A stretch of DNA of 52,131 nt from Nemertoderma westbladi. Its lineage: Eukaryota > Animalia > Xenacoelomorpha. Shown here piece by piece: positions 10,802 to 24,786 of this stretch. A program made the translations under genes and the position numbers. The stretch's first letter is position 1; the number at the start of each line of letters is the position of its first letter. Where the stretch lies: NCBI GenBank assembly GCA_032718475.1, contig JAUCBJ010001247.1, positions 1 to 52,131 of the forward strand, read 5' to 3'. The notes under the pieces were generated by a model. It was given only the letters and a program-made list of their open reading frames with translations, searched no databases and was not told the DNA's origin.

Positions 10802-11762
10802 CTGCAATATAATAAATGTTTATTACACATATTATTATACACATATGCATTACTAATATTATATTATATTATAACCAAGGTGTACTAAATAACAGGTCAT
10901 GCAGCGAGCTTAATGTTGAAATTTGCGTGGGCCAATCTTTTTTCTATTGATGGCACTTGTTTCATAACATTTCCTTAAACTGATTATATGCTTCTTAGGT
11001 TTGGTATGGTGGATATTCATAGAAATGTAATAAAATGTCTTTCTGGAAAATTTATACTGTTTTCGCCAATATTTAATTTATATTGTTGTAAAAGAGTGCA
11101 AAGTTCAAATTTTAAATTATAAAATGTAATCGTCTTGAATTACAGACGGTCAAAGTTTGAACAATGCACCCTGCGCCCTGCTAACTTGACAACTATTACC
11201 TTAGCCCTCATATCCACCAAAGTAGCTTCTAAGAAGTGTTTTATAAATATTATGAAAATAGTGTAATACATATTAGAAAGATCTCACGCTTATTTCAGCA
11301 CTAGGGTCGCTTCATATGTTGTTATTTAGTACTCCTTGATTATACCATATATATAATATAATATAATGAAAATAGTAAACAACTATTAATATAATTTAAT
11401 GTACATTTATAAAACAAAGTGCCTAAATATTAATGAATATTAAAAATGGGATACGATTAGAATAAATAATGGCTAGAAATTCGTGAAATTCGTAGAATTC
11501 GTAGAAATTCGAATGGTACGTGGGATAACCACAATCTGCTAAAAAGCGGCCTGCAATGCACTTTCATGGTGAATTATCGAATCAAAATTGAAATACAATG
11601 TTTCACATGTGAAACCTCTATTTAAAATTTTGCTATAAATTATTTTTAATAATAATTTCATGTGGATTAATAAATTTAGAATACAAAGTAAATTTATATT
11701 GCAAGTCATAGGTATTTTATTGAAGAATGAAACTTAAAACAAATCCATATCATTAACCTCAC

Positions 11763-11902
11763 CTGTCCAATGAAATTGTTAAAATAATGCCAGTTGTAAA
11801 AACAACAGGTATTGAATATATAAAGTTTTCCACATAACATTGATATGATTTCCATGAGTACTGATGTATGATACTTGGCTCGTAGTGTTCAAGTGTACCG
11901 AC
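11763..11902 (-). CDS. GPCR internal exon (ECL1-TM3)
   Basis: 140 nt between ttttgtttAG and GTGAGG. Translates VGTLEHYEPSIIHQYSWKSYQCYVENFIYSIPVVFTTGIILTISLD(R), including the conserved TM3 Cys. Phases 0 and 2 match both neighbouring exons. Confidence 0.85.
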
Positions 11903-13207
11903 CTAAACAAAATAATAATACACAATAATAATTACATAAACTTATATTAAACTACTGCAGAGGAACAAGTCGATATTTTCATTCATTAAATGTAAATGGG
12001 CCACAAAACACAAGTTTTTGGACATCAATGGGTACAAAGAAAACCATAATTGATTTATGATAATTATTTTATGTTTTATTGTTGTAATTGGCACCCCCAC
12101 AGCGATATGCTACAAAAGTATATAGCGAGTATATAGAAGAGTTCAATACGTGGCCGGGATGATACACTGTAAAAGTGGATCCATTATGGCCGTCGGGAAC
12201 CTGAATATGGTAGATCTGTACGGATGTTACTGCGCAGGTAAAATCGATGTGATTCTACTTACCAGTACATTTCGAATGTAGATCTAATGTAGAAAAATAA
12301 ACACAATATTAATACATATTAAGTTGCAACAACCAACAACTAGGTCATAATGTAAACATGGTTAGTTAACACTGATAAGAGGGTCTTACAAAGACAAACT
12401 CAGTAGTTAGCTAATAAGCAGACATAGATGTAAAACCATAACATTTAAAATAAAGTTCTAAAAAATAAAGAACCTCGCGCTTCATTAGTGATGTTTGTCA
12501 CCATCAAGATGGGAGGGATTAAGGATCACTGGGCCGAGTCTCTGAGATTTCCAAATCATAATAAAATTCAGATTGGCGGGCTGAATTCTAGAAAAGAAAT
12601 ACGACCCCATAGTGATTAAAATATTCACTTGCCAGGTGACGAAATTCGGTTGAATTCCAGGGAAACCTGAAATTTGTATCGGGGGGAGTGTTACAGGATT
12701 AATCCCATATGCACTTCGACATCCCAGAAACCAATATGCCATCAACAATTTAATGGCAATTATAATATATTACCCACTAAAAGGGCATCAATTAAGGCCC
12801 TGTGGCCAAACAGTTGAATCACAAGTTGCGTTATCTGTGGCATTTGTTGCGATGTGCAGGGGGTAAACAGCTATAGGCGAATCCCTAATATATTGGTTTT
12901 AGTACCACCTGGAGTGAACGCTGACATTGTATCACCCAAAAAACAATTAGTCATATATTTATACCCAAAATATTTGTAGTTAGCGATAATAACCAATCAG
13001 GGCCAACGCTGATAGCCATACCATTATCCTATCAGCGCTCCTGGCAGAAGGAGTATAAACTATCATGAATTAGATTTTAGTAGCTTACTTGCTTGCTATG
13101 GTGCATTTTCTGCACCATATACCCAACGAACAAAGACTGTCTTATAGTTTTCAACCTGTGCGGAACCATAGACCTGCAAGAGCCCGGACTCGGGACATTA
13201 GCTAGTT

Positions 13208-14689
13208 AGGAACCGAGAGGTTCATTACTGTAAGAATTGTTGACTGACTGGCTGGCTGACTGGCTAATCTACAGCCAAAACTACTCTAACGATTTTGATG
13301 AAATTTTCACAGCATCTAGATACCGCGATTCTAAGGTCCCTGGCATGATCGGCTACTCCGTCCATAGCCTCTGGGCTCGAAAAATAGAGATAAACGAAAA
13401 AACGCCATAGGCGCAATAGTAAAATAACACCCATGACAGCTGGTGTCCTGATGAAAAATGGCTTATGTAATGCATTTCTACACAAGGCTTAGTAATAAAT
13501 CGATGAGGTTGCCAAGATTATTATACTCAGTACACCCATACTGTTTGTATAGGCCACCACTCTCTGTCAAAGCAAACATTAACTCGTTGGTTTAGTTTGA
13601 AATCTAATATCGCCTCAGCTGAATTACTCTTCCCAATGCAATCTATGGGAATATCTCACTCTGCTAATGTAAGCTGAATGACTTAAGTACACAGTGTGTT
13701 GGCTACATTAATGCCAACATTATTGCAAAATGTTTTATGGTTGGAATACTCTCTGCCAGTCTCCCCTTCAGAACATTGTATAGGGAATTTACTTTAGTTT
13801 ACTCTACTGTGCCATTCAGCTGAATGGATTTGAGCGATTGCCAAGTACAGAGTTGGATCATTCTCTGACCATAGGCAAAGACATCAAATCTTTTTAAAAA
13901 TATACTTTTTCCATGTTTTTTTTTCTGACCAAAAATTTCAAAAAAAAATTTTCGTAGCCAGTACTGCCAATCGATTCGCCATCAAAAATAACGCAAAAAA
14001 ATTTTTTTGCAAAATTTTAAATTACTGTAAATTTTTGGCGACTGGGGGGGGTAAATTTTTTTCGATCCGCTATAACTCCTGAACGCTTTGTCCAAATTCG
14101 ATGGGGTTTTCATTTTTAAACTTAATTCGATGTCCTCTTTCAGCCTATCCATGTTTTGAAACCCCAAACAGCGCCGTTCAAAAATTATTTTTTTCTAGTT
14201 CTAGAATTTTACAAATTTCAAAAAAGTTGCAGTATTTTATTAACGCCTTTACGGAATTCGATAGCGTTTTCGATTTTTATATTAAACGCAATATCCTGAA
14301 TCTCACTAGCCTAGTTTCGCGTCACCAATGCCAAGATTTCATACTTTTTGAGGAAAATTTTTCTAGAATAATTTTTATTTAATTACATTTATCGCGATTT
14401 CTTATTACTGATTGCACATGAATTGATGGAGTTTTCAATTTATTAACTAAACACGATATTGCGCATCGCACCAGCGTGGTTTCGAAATTCCAAAACGAGG
14501 TCTTCACTAGTTGCAGGTCGATTTTGTTCTAGAATTGAGCAACTAAATAATGGATCGAATTTATTAATAATTATTGTATGAAATATGATTGTATTTTTAG
14601 ATAATTATTAGAACTATACTAATTCTCGTTGTCTCTTTTATTTAAAATAAAAAGTCGGTTCCTTATCGGGCCGCTAGGCCCGTCACTAG
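13208..14689 (+). mobile_element. Non-autonomous Helentron/Helitron2-type element (HINE), unit 1, type A
   Basis: 5' (tt)AGGAACCGA with hairpin GAACC-gaga-GGTTC and a (TGRC)n microsatellite. 3' subterminal inverted copy TCGGTTCCT, hairpin CGGGCC-gcta-GGCCCG and terminal CTAG(t). No coding capacity. Confidence 0.8.
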
Positions 14690-15559
14690 TTATCTATCAG
14701 TGATATATTTGTTATTATTATTACTGTTTATTAGGAACCGAGAGGTTCATTACTGTAAGAATTGCTCGAGACTGGCTGGCTGATCTACAGCCAAAACGAC
14801 TCTAACGATTTTGATGAAATTTTCACAGCGGCTAGATACCGCGATTCTAAGGTCCCTGGTATGTTCCGCTATTTCGTCCATGAGCCGTGGGCTCGAAAAA
14901 TAGACATAAACGAAAAAAAGCCATAGGCGCAATGATAAAAACACCAGCTGGCACTCATGAAAAATGGATAGAGATGGCCTAGTAATGCTATTCTATAGGA
15001 ATGGCCACCTAACAAGGAAATGCTTTCTCTGCCAAGTATTATCCTCACTCTACAACTCAGACAGTAAGCAAACAAAAGCCGTGGGATTCTAATGTATTAC
15101 ATCATATGCTGATTGCTCTCCCAATAGCCCTCACACACTCACTGAATCCAATGAAATCGAATATCTATTAGCTTAATGCGAATAGCTGGTAAGCTGAATG
15201 CCATTTTAGTTATTGTGTACTGTTGATATAGCAGAGTTGACTGCTATGTTGTATGTATTTAATTAAAATAATTTTCGTAGAGGGAAGTTAATTTGGGATT
15301 ACTTTCTATCAGATGTAAGCAAAGCTGTTCAATGGGGTGGGTCATGGGACCCAAATATAGTACATTATGCATGGCAAACATTAATAAAATCATTCAGTCA
15401 ACCTGGAGGGTATTTGCTTAGTTAACTCTACTGTGCGAAAAACGAATTTATAATGTTACCCATACTTCAGGTGAATGAATTTTTAGATATTTGTACTGAA
15501 GGCAACGATTTCTGATATAATTAAAATACAAGACAGGGGCTTGTTTCGATATATGTAGT

Positions 15560-15795
15560 TGCGCCCTTCGAGCAGCACGTGAGATGATCAAATAATAGAC
15601 ACAATGTTTGACTTTGTCCCTTCGAGCAGCACGTGAGTTTTGCTTTGACCCTTCGATATATGTATTTGCGCCCTTTGAGCAGCACGTGAATTACATCAAA
15701 TAATAGACACATTGTTTGACTTTGTCCCTTCGAGCAGCACGTGAGTTTTGCTTTGACCCTTCGATATATGTATTTGCGCCCTTCGAGCAGCACGG
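15560..15795. repeat. cttcgagcagcacgtgag-containing tandem subrepeats inside type B unit 2
   Basis: The motif recurs five times at ~50-60 bp spacing. An expanded version lies in unit 8 at about 25305-25725. Confidence 0.85.
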
Positions 15796-15796
15796 G

Positions 15797-16283
15797 GAGT
15801 CGACTCAGACCGAGCCAAGCCGAGCCAAGCCGAGCCGAGCCGAGCCTAGCCGAGCCGAGCCGAGCCGAGCCGAGCCGAGCCGAGCCGAGCCGAGCCGAGC
15901 CGTGCCGAGCCAAGCTGAGCCGAGCCGAGTCGAGCCGAGCCGAGCCGAGCCGAGCCGAGCCGAGCCGAGCCGAGCCGAGCCGAGCCGAGCCGAGCCGAGC
16001 CAAGCCGAGCCTAATCGAGCCGAGCCGAGCCGAGCCGAGCCGAGCCGAGCCGAGCCGAGCCGAGCCGAGCCGAGCCGAGCCGAGCCGAGCCGAGCCGAGC
16101 CGAGCCGAGCCGAGCCGAGCCGAGCCGAGCCAAGCCGAGCCAAGCCGAGCCGAGCCAAGCCGAGCCGAGCCGAGTCGACCCGACCCGACCCGACCCGACC
16201 CGAGCTGAGCCGAGCCGAGCCTAATCGAGCCGATCAAGCCAAGTCGAACTTAATCGTGCCCAATCGTGCAAGACCGAGCCGAG
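15797..16283. repeat. (GAGCC)n pentanucleotide microsatellite in type B unit 2
   Basis: Long near-perfect cgagc run. It is the source of the spurious AEPSR/LGSAR ORFs. Confidence 0.97.
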
Positions 16284-19200
16284 CTCGTTGTCTCTTTTAT
16301 TTGAAATAAAAACTCGGTTCCTTATCGGGCCGCTAGGCCCGTCACTAGTTAGGAACCGAGAGGTTCATTACTGTAAGAATTGTTGGCTGATTGACTGGCT
16401 GGCTGGTTAATCTATAGCCAAAACTACTCTAACGATTTTGATGAAATTTTCACAGCGGCTGGCTGACCGGATTCTAAGGTCCCTGGTATGTTCCGCTATT
16501 TCGTCCATGAGCCGTGGGCTCGAAAAATAGACATAAACGAAAAAACGCCATAGGCGCAATGGTAAAATAACACCAATAACAGCTGGTGTCGTGATGAAAA
16601 ATGGCTTATGTAATGGATTTCTACACAAGGCTTAGTATAAATCGATGAGGTTGCCAAGATTATTGTACTTAGTACACCCATACTGTTTGTTTAGGCCCTA
16701 GGACACTCTGTCAAAGCAAATATTAACTGGTTGGTTTAGTTTGAAATCTATTATTGCCTCAGCTGAATTACTCTTCCCAATGCGCACTCTATGGGAATAT
16801 CTCCCTCTGCTAATGTAAGCTGAATGACTTAAGTACACAGTGAGTTGGCTACATTAATGTCAACATTATTGCAAAATGTTTTATTGTTGGACTCTCTGTC
16901 AGTCTCCCCTTCAGAACATTGTATAGGGAATATACTTTAGTTTACTCTACTGTGCCATTCAGCTGGATGGATTTGAGCGATTGCCAAGTTACAGAGTTGG
17001 ATCATTCTCTGACCATAGGCAAAGACATCAAATCTTTTTAAGAATATACTTTTTCCATGTTTTTTTTTCTGACCAAAAATTTCAAAAAAAATTTTTCGTA
17101 GCCAGTACTGCCAATCGATTCGCCATCAAAAATAACGCAAAAAATTTTTTTTGCAAAATTTTAAATTACTGTAAATTTTTGGCGACTGGGGGGGGTCAAT
17201 TTTTTTCGATTCGCTATAACTCCGGAACGCTTTGTCCAAATTCGATGGGGTTTTCATTTTTCAACTTAATTCGATGTCCTCTTTCAGCCTATCCATGTTT
17301 CGAAACCCCAAACAGCGCCGTTCAAAAATTATTTTTTTCTAGTTCTAGAATTTTACAAATTTCAAAAAAGTTGCAGTATTTTATTAACGCCTTTACGGAA
17401 TTCGATAGCGTTTTCGATTTTTATATTAAACGCAATATCCTGAATCTCACTAGCCTAGTTTCGCGTCACCAATGCCAAGACTTCATACTTTTTGAGGAAA
17501 ATTTTTCTAGAATAATTTTTATTTAATTACATTTATCGCGATTTCTTATTACTGGTTGCACATCAATTGATGGAGTTTTCAATTTATTAACTAAACACGA
17601 TATCGCGCATCGCACCAGCGTGGTTTCGAAATTACCAAAACGAGGTCTTCACTAGTTGCAGGTCGATTTTGTTCTAGAATTGAGCAACTAATAATATATC
17701 GAATTTATTAATAATTATTGTATGAAATATGATTGTATTTTTACATAACTATTAGTTCTATACTAATTCTCGTTGTCTCTTTTATTTAAAATAAAAAGTC
17801 GCAAAGTCGGTTCCTTATCGGGCCGCTAGGCCCGTCACTAGTTAGGAACCGAGAGGTTCATTACTGTAAGAATTGCTTGTGGCTGACTGACTGACTGACT
17901 GATCTACAGCCAAAACTACTCTAACGATTTTGATGAAATTTTCACAGCGGCTGGCTGACCGGATTCTAAGGTCCCTGGTATGTTCCGCTATTTCGTCCAT
18001 GAGCCGTGGGCTCGAAAAATAGACATAAACGAAAAAACGCCATAGGCGCAATGGTAAAATAACACCCATGACAGCTGGTGTCGTGATGAAAAATGGCTTA
18101 TGTAATGCATTTCTACAGAAGGCTTAGTAATAAATCGATGAGGTTGCCAAGATTATTATACTCAGTACACCCATACTGTTTGTATAGGCCACCACTCTCT
18201 GTCAAAGCAAACATTATGAACTGGTTGGTTTAGTTTAAAATCTAATATCGCCTCAGCTGAATTACTCTTCCCAATGCAATCTATGGTAATATCTCACTCT
18301 GCTAATGTAAGCTGAATGACTGTTACGTACACAGTGAGTTGGCTACATTAATGCCAACATTATTGCAAAATGTTTTATTGTTGGATTACTCTCTGTCAGT
18401 CACCCCTTCAGAACATTGTATAGGGAATTTACTTTAGTTTACTCTACTGTGCCATTCAGCTGAATGGATTTGAGCGATTGCCAAGTTACAGAGTTGGATC
18501 ATTCTCTGACCATAGGCAAAGACATCAAATCTTTTTAAAAATATACTTTTTCCATGTTTTTTTTCTGACCAAAAATTTCAAAAAAAAATTTTTCGTAGCC
18601 AGTACTGCCAATCGATTCGCCATCAAAAATAACGCAAAAAATTTTTTTTGCAAAATTTTAAATTACTGTAAATTTTTGGCGACTGGGGGGGGTCAATTTT
18701 TTTCGATCCGCTATAACTCCGGAACGCTTTGTCCAAATTCGATGGGGTTTTCATTTTTCAACTTAATTAGATGTCCTCTTTCAGCCTATCCATGTTTCCA
18801 AACCCCAAACAGCGCCGTTCAAAAAATATTTTTTCCAGTTCTAGAATTTTACAAATTTCAAAAAAGTTTCAGTATTTTATTAACGCCTTTACGGAATTCG
18901 ATAGCGTTTTCGATTTTTATATTAAACGCAATATCCTGAATCTCACTAGCCTAGTTTCGCGTCACCAACGCCAAGACTTCATACTTTTTGAGGAAAATTT
19001 TTCTAGAATAATTTTTATTAAATTACATTTATCGCGATTTCTTATTACTGGTTGCACATGAATTGATGGAGTTTTCAATTTATTAACTAAACACGATATC
19101 GCGCATCGCACCAGCGTGGTTTCGAAATTCCAAAACGAGGTCTTCACTAGTTGCAGGTCGATTTTGTTCTAGAATTGAGTAACTAATAATAGATCGAATT

Positions 19201-22200
19201 TATTAATAATTATTGTATGAAATATGATTGTATTTTTACATAATTATTAGTTCTATAATAATTCTCGTTGTCTCTTTTATTTGAAATAAAAAGTCGGTTC
19301 CTTATCGGGCCGCTAGGCCCGTCACTAGTTAGGAACCGAGAGGTTCATTACTGTAAGAATTGCTCGTGACTGACTGACTGGCTGGCTGGCTGACTGACTG
19401 ATCTACAGCCAAAACTACTCTAACGATTTTGATGAAATTTTCACAGCGGCTAGATACCGCGATTCTAAGGTCCCTGGTATGTTCCGCTATTTCGTCCATG
19501 AGCCGTGGGCTCGAAAAATAGACATAAACGAAAAAACGCCATAGGCGCAATGGTAAAATAACACCAATAACAGCTGGTGTCGTGATGAAAAATGGCTTAT
19601 GTAATGCATTTCTACAGAAGGCTTATTAATAAATAGATGAGGTTGCCAAGATTATTATACTCAGTACACCCATACTGTTTGTATAGGCCACCACTCTCTG
19701 TCAATGCAAACATTAACTGGTTGGTTTAGTTTGAAATCTAATATCGCCTCAGCTGAATTACTCTTCCCAATGCTATCTATGGGAATATCTCACTCTGCTA
19801 ATGTAAGCTGAATGACTTAAGTACACAGTGAGTTGGCTACATTAATGCCAACATTATTGCAAAATGTTTTATTGTTGGATTACTCTCTGTCAGTCACCCC
19901 TTCAGAACATTGTATAGGGAATTTACTTTAGTTTACTCTACTGTGCCATTCAGCTGAATGGATTTGAGCGATTGCCAAGTTACAGAGTTCGATCATTCTC
20001 TGACCATAGGCAAAGACATCAAATCTTTTTAAAAATATACTTTTTCCATGTTTTTTTTTCTGACCAAAAATTTCAAAAAAAATTTTTTCTTAGCCAGTAC
20101 TGCCAATCGATTCGCCATCAAAAATAACGCAAAAAATTTTTTTTGCAAAATTTTAAATTACTGTAAATTTTTGGCAACTGGGGGGGGGGTCAATTTTTTT
20201 CGATCCGCTATAACTCCGGAACGCTTTGTCCAAATTCGATGGGGTTTTCATTTTTCAACTTAATTCGACGTCCTCTTTCAGCCTAACCATGTTTCGAAAC
20301 CCCAAACAGCGCCGTTCAAAAATTGATTTTTTCTAGTTCTAGAATTTTACAAATTTTAAAAAAGTTGCAGTATTTTATTAACGCCTTTACGGAATTCGAT
20401 AGCGTTTTCGATTTTTATATTAAACGCAATATCCTGAATCTCACTAGCCTAGTTTCGCGTCACCAATGCCAAGACTTCATACTTTTTGAGGAAAATTTTT
20501 CTAGAATAATTTTTACTTAATTACATTTATAGCGATTTCTTATTACTGCTTGCACATGAATTGATGGAGTTTTCAATTTATTAACTAAACACGATATCGC
20601 GCATCGCACCAGCGTGGTTTCGAAATTCCAAAACGAGTTGTTCTAGAATTGAGCAACTAATAATAGATCGAATTTATTAATAATTATTGTATGAAATATG
20701 ATTGTATTTTTACATAATTATTAGTTCTATACTAATTCTCGTTGTCTCTTTTATTTAAAATAAAAAGTCGGTTCCTTATCGGGCCACTAGGCCCGTCACT
20801 AGTTAGGAACCGAGAGGTTCATTACTGTAAGAATTGTTAGCTGACTGGCTGATCTACAGCCAAAACTACTCTAACGATTTTGATGAAATTTTCACAGTGG
20901 CTTGATACCGCGATTCTAAGGTCCCTGGTATGTTCCGCTATTTCGTCCATGAGGCGTGGGCTCGAAAAATAGACATAAACGAAAAAACGCCATAGGCGCT
21001 ATGGTAAAATAACACCAATAACAGCTGGTGTCGTGATGAAAAATGGCTTATGTAATGGATTTCTACACAAGGCTTAGTATAAATCGATGAGGTTGCCAAG
21101 ATTATTGTACTTAGTACACCCATACTGTTTGTTTAGGCCCTGCCAAAGCAAATATAAACTGGTTGGTTTAGTTTGAAATCTATTATTGCCAGTACACCCA
21201 TACTGTTTGTTTAGGCCCTGCCAAAGCAAATATAAACTGGTTGGTTTAGTTTGAAATCTATTATTGCCTCAGCTGAATAACTCTTCCCAATGCATTCTAG
21301 TTGAGTATCCAAGTTTCTCCCTCTGCTAATGTAAGCTGAATGACGGTTTAGTACACAGTGTGTTGGCTACATTAATGCCAACATTCTTGCAAAATGTTTT
21401 ATTGTTGGATTACTCTCTGTCAGTCTCCCCTTCAGAACATTGTATAGGGAATTTACTTTAGTTTACTCTACTGTGCCATTCAGCTGAATGGATTTGAGCG
21501 ATTGCCAAGTTACAGAGTTGGATCATTCTCTGACCATAGGCAAAGACAAATCTTTTAAAAATATACTTTTTCCATGTTTTTTTTTCTGACCAAAAATTTC
21601 AAAAAAAAATTTTTCGTAGCCAGTACTGCCAATCGATTCGCCATCAAAAATAACGCAAAAATTTTTTTTGCAAAATTTTAAATTACTGTAAATTTTTGGC
21701 GACTGGGGGGGGGTAAATTTTTTTCGATCCGCTATAACTCCGGAACGCTTTGTCCAAATTCGATGGGGTTTTCATTTTTCAACTTAATTCGATGTCCTCT
21801 TTCAGCCTATCCATGTTTCGAAACCCCAAACAGCGCCGTTCTAAAATTAATTTTTTCTAGTTCTAGAATTTTACAAATTTCAAAAAAGTTGCAGTATTTT
21901 ATTAACGCCTTTACGGAATTCGATAGCGTTTTCGATTCTTATATTAAACGCAATATCCTGAATCTCACTAGCCTAGTTTCGCGTCACCAACGCCAAGACT
22001 TCATACTTTTTGAGGAAAATTTTTCTAGAATAATTTTTATTTAATTACATTTATCGCGATTTCTTATTACTGGTTGCACATGAATTGATGGAGTTTTCAA
22101 TTTATTAACTAAACACGATATCGCGCATCGCACCAGCGTGGTTTCGAAATTCCAAAACGAGGTCTTCACTAGTTGCAGGTCGATTTTGTTCTAGAATTGA

Positions 22201-24156
22201 GCAACTAATAATAGATCGAATTTATTAATAATTATTGTATGAAATATGATTGTATTTTTACATAATTATTAGTTCTATACTAATTCTCGTTGTCTCTTTT
22301 ATTTTAAATAAAAAGTCGGTTCCTTATCGGGCCGCTAGGCCCGTCACTAGTTAGGAACCGAGAGGTTCATTACTGTAAGAATTGCTCGAGACTGGCTGGC
22401 TGGCTGGCTGACTGACTGACTAATCTACAGCCAAAACTACTCTAACGATTTTGATGAAATTTTCACAGCGGCTAGATACCGCGATTCTAAGGTCCCTGGT
22501 ATGTTCCGCTATTTCGTCCATGAGCCGTGGGCTCGAAAAATAGACATAAACGAAAAAACGCCATAGGCGCAATGGTAAAATAACACCCATGACAGCTGGT
22601 GTCGTGATGAAAAATGGCTTATGTAATGCATTTCTACAGAAGGCTTAGTAATAAATCGATGAGGTTGCCAAGATTATTATACTCAGTACACCCATACTGT
22701 TTGTATAGGCCACCACTCTCTGTCAAAGCAAACATTATGAACTGGTTGGTTTAGTTTGAAATCTAATATCGCCTCAGCTGAATTACTCTTCCCAATGCAA
22801 TCTATGGTAATATCTCACTCTGCTAATGTAAGCTGAATGACTGTTACGTACACAGTGAGTTGGCTACATTAATGCCAACATTATTGCAAAATGTTTTATT
22901 GTTGGATTACTCTCTGTCAGTCACCCCTTCAGAACATTGTATAGGGAATTTACTTTAGTTTACTCTACTGTGCCATTCAGCTGAATGGATTTGAGCGATT
23001 GCCAAGTTACAGAGTTGGATCATTCTCTGACCATAGGCAAAGACATCAAATCTTTTTAAAAATATACTTTTTCCATGTTTTTTTTCTGACCAAAAATTTC
23101 AAAAAAAAATTTTTCGTAGCCAGTACTGCCAATCGATTCGCCATCAAAAATAACGCAAAAAATTTTTTTTGCAAAATTTTAAATTACTGTAAATTTTTGG
23201 CGACTGGGGGGGGGTCAATTTTTTTCGATCCGCTATAACTCCGGAACGCTTTGTCCAAATTCGATGGGGTTTTCATTTTTCAACTTAATTAGATGTCCTC
23301 TTTCAGCCTATCCATGTTTCCAAACCCCAAACAGCGCCGTTCAAAAAATAATTTTTTCCAGTTCTAGAATTTTACAAATTTCAAAAAAGTTTCAGTATTT
23401 TATTAACGCCTTTACGGAATTCGATAGCGTTTTCGATTTTTATATTAAACGCAATATCCTGAATCTCACTAGCCTAGTTTCGCGTCACCAACGCCAAGAC
23501 TTCATACTTTTTGAGGAAAATTTTTCTAGAATAATTTTTATTTAATTACATTTATCGCGATTTCTTATTACTGGTTGCACATGAATTGATGGAGTTTTCA
23601 ATTTATTAACTAAACACGATATCGCGCATCGCACCAGCGTGGTTTCGAAATTCCAAAACGAGGTCTTCACTAGTTGCAGGTCGATTTTGTTCTAGAATTG
23701 AGTAACTAATAATAGATCGAATTTATTAATAATTATTGTATGAAATATGATTGTATTTTTACATAATTATTAGTTCTATAATAATTCTCGTTGTCTCTTT
23801 TATTTGAAATAAAAAGTCGGTTCCTTATCGGGCCGCTAGGCCCGTCACTAGTTAGGAACCGAGAGGTTCATTACTGTAAGAATTGCTCGTGACTGACTGG
23901 CTGACTGATCTACAACCAAAACTACTCTAACGATTTTGATGAAATTTTCACAGCGGCTGGCTGACCGGATTCTAAGGTCCCTGGTATGTTCCGCTATTTC
24001 GTCCATGAGCCGTGGGCTCGAAAAATAGACATAAACGAAAAAACGCCATAGGCGCAATGATAAAAACACCAGCTGGCACTCATGAAAAATGGATAGAGAT
24101 AGCCTAGTAATGCTATTCTATAGGAATGGCCACCTAACAAGGAAATGCTTTCTCTG

Positions 24157-24786
24157 CTTATTATAATAATATAATTATTTTTATTAATTAAAATCCTGAT
24201 ATCGCACTTCACTTGGGATTTCACTTCACGATGGGCACTTCAGTGGATGTAGACCTATATGTTTTATTATATGATACAATAACTGTTGTTAACAACGGTG
24301 GGACTGTGAAGTATGGGGGGGGGGGGGGGGGGGGGTGTATCATCGTGCCCGTGTGTGTCTGAGTCTGTATTCACAGAAATACTCAATATTCAAATCCCTT
24401 AACTTTTCCTAGAATTAACATACGTTTTTAATGACTAAATCTGAAACATTTTGAAATCTTAAACTATATTTGAAAGTTATTTTTTGTGGTACTAATTATC
24501 GTCTGGTGTGTTTAAAAATGGCCAAACCAAATAATTAAAAAAATAGGCCACAAAATGGCACTCTGCTGTGGCCTAAAGTGCCTTTTTGTGCAAATGGTTT
24601 TCTGAACAAGTGTCAACATTTCTGAACAAATTTCAAATCATTCCAGCAAAAATCGGCGGAGAAATAGCCGATTTCATGACAAAATATAATTCTTAGTTAA
24701 AGGTCGTAATATGTCGCTTCATTTCTAAATTTAAAGAGTATTAAGTATTAAGTAGTAATTAATTATTAAGTAATAATTATAATAAG
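24157..24786. other. ~630-bp segment present in unit 8 but absent from unit 2, bounded by an AT-rich inverted repeat
   Basis: Unit 2 reads ctctgccaagtattatcc. Unit 8 reads ctctg[cttattataat...attataataag]tattatcc. No TSD seen. Confidence 0.6.

Noticed and set aside
10802-10842. ORF-track start MYNNMCNKHLLYC as the GPCR N-terminus
   Set aside because: It lies upstream of the acceptor, so it is intronic. TM1-3 are on other exons.
12165-12180. CACTGTAAAA, resembling a CACTA/EnSpm terminus
   Set aside because: No partner terminus or TSD identified nearby.
13264-24224. Recurrent short ORFs in the 1.5-kb units (e.g. MGFSFFNLIRCPLS...)
   Set aside because: Frames shift with homopolymer length between units, and no HUH/Rep or helicase motifs are present. 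Treated as non-coding.
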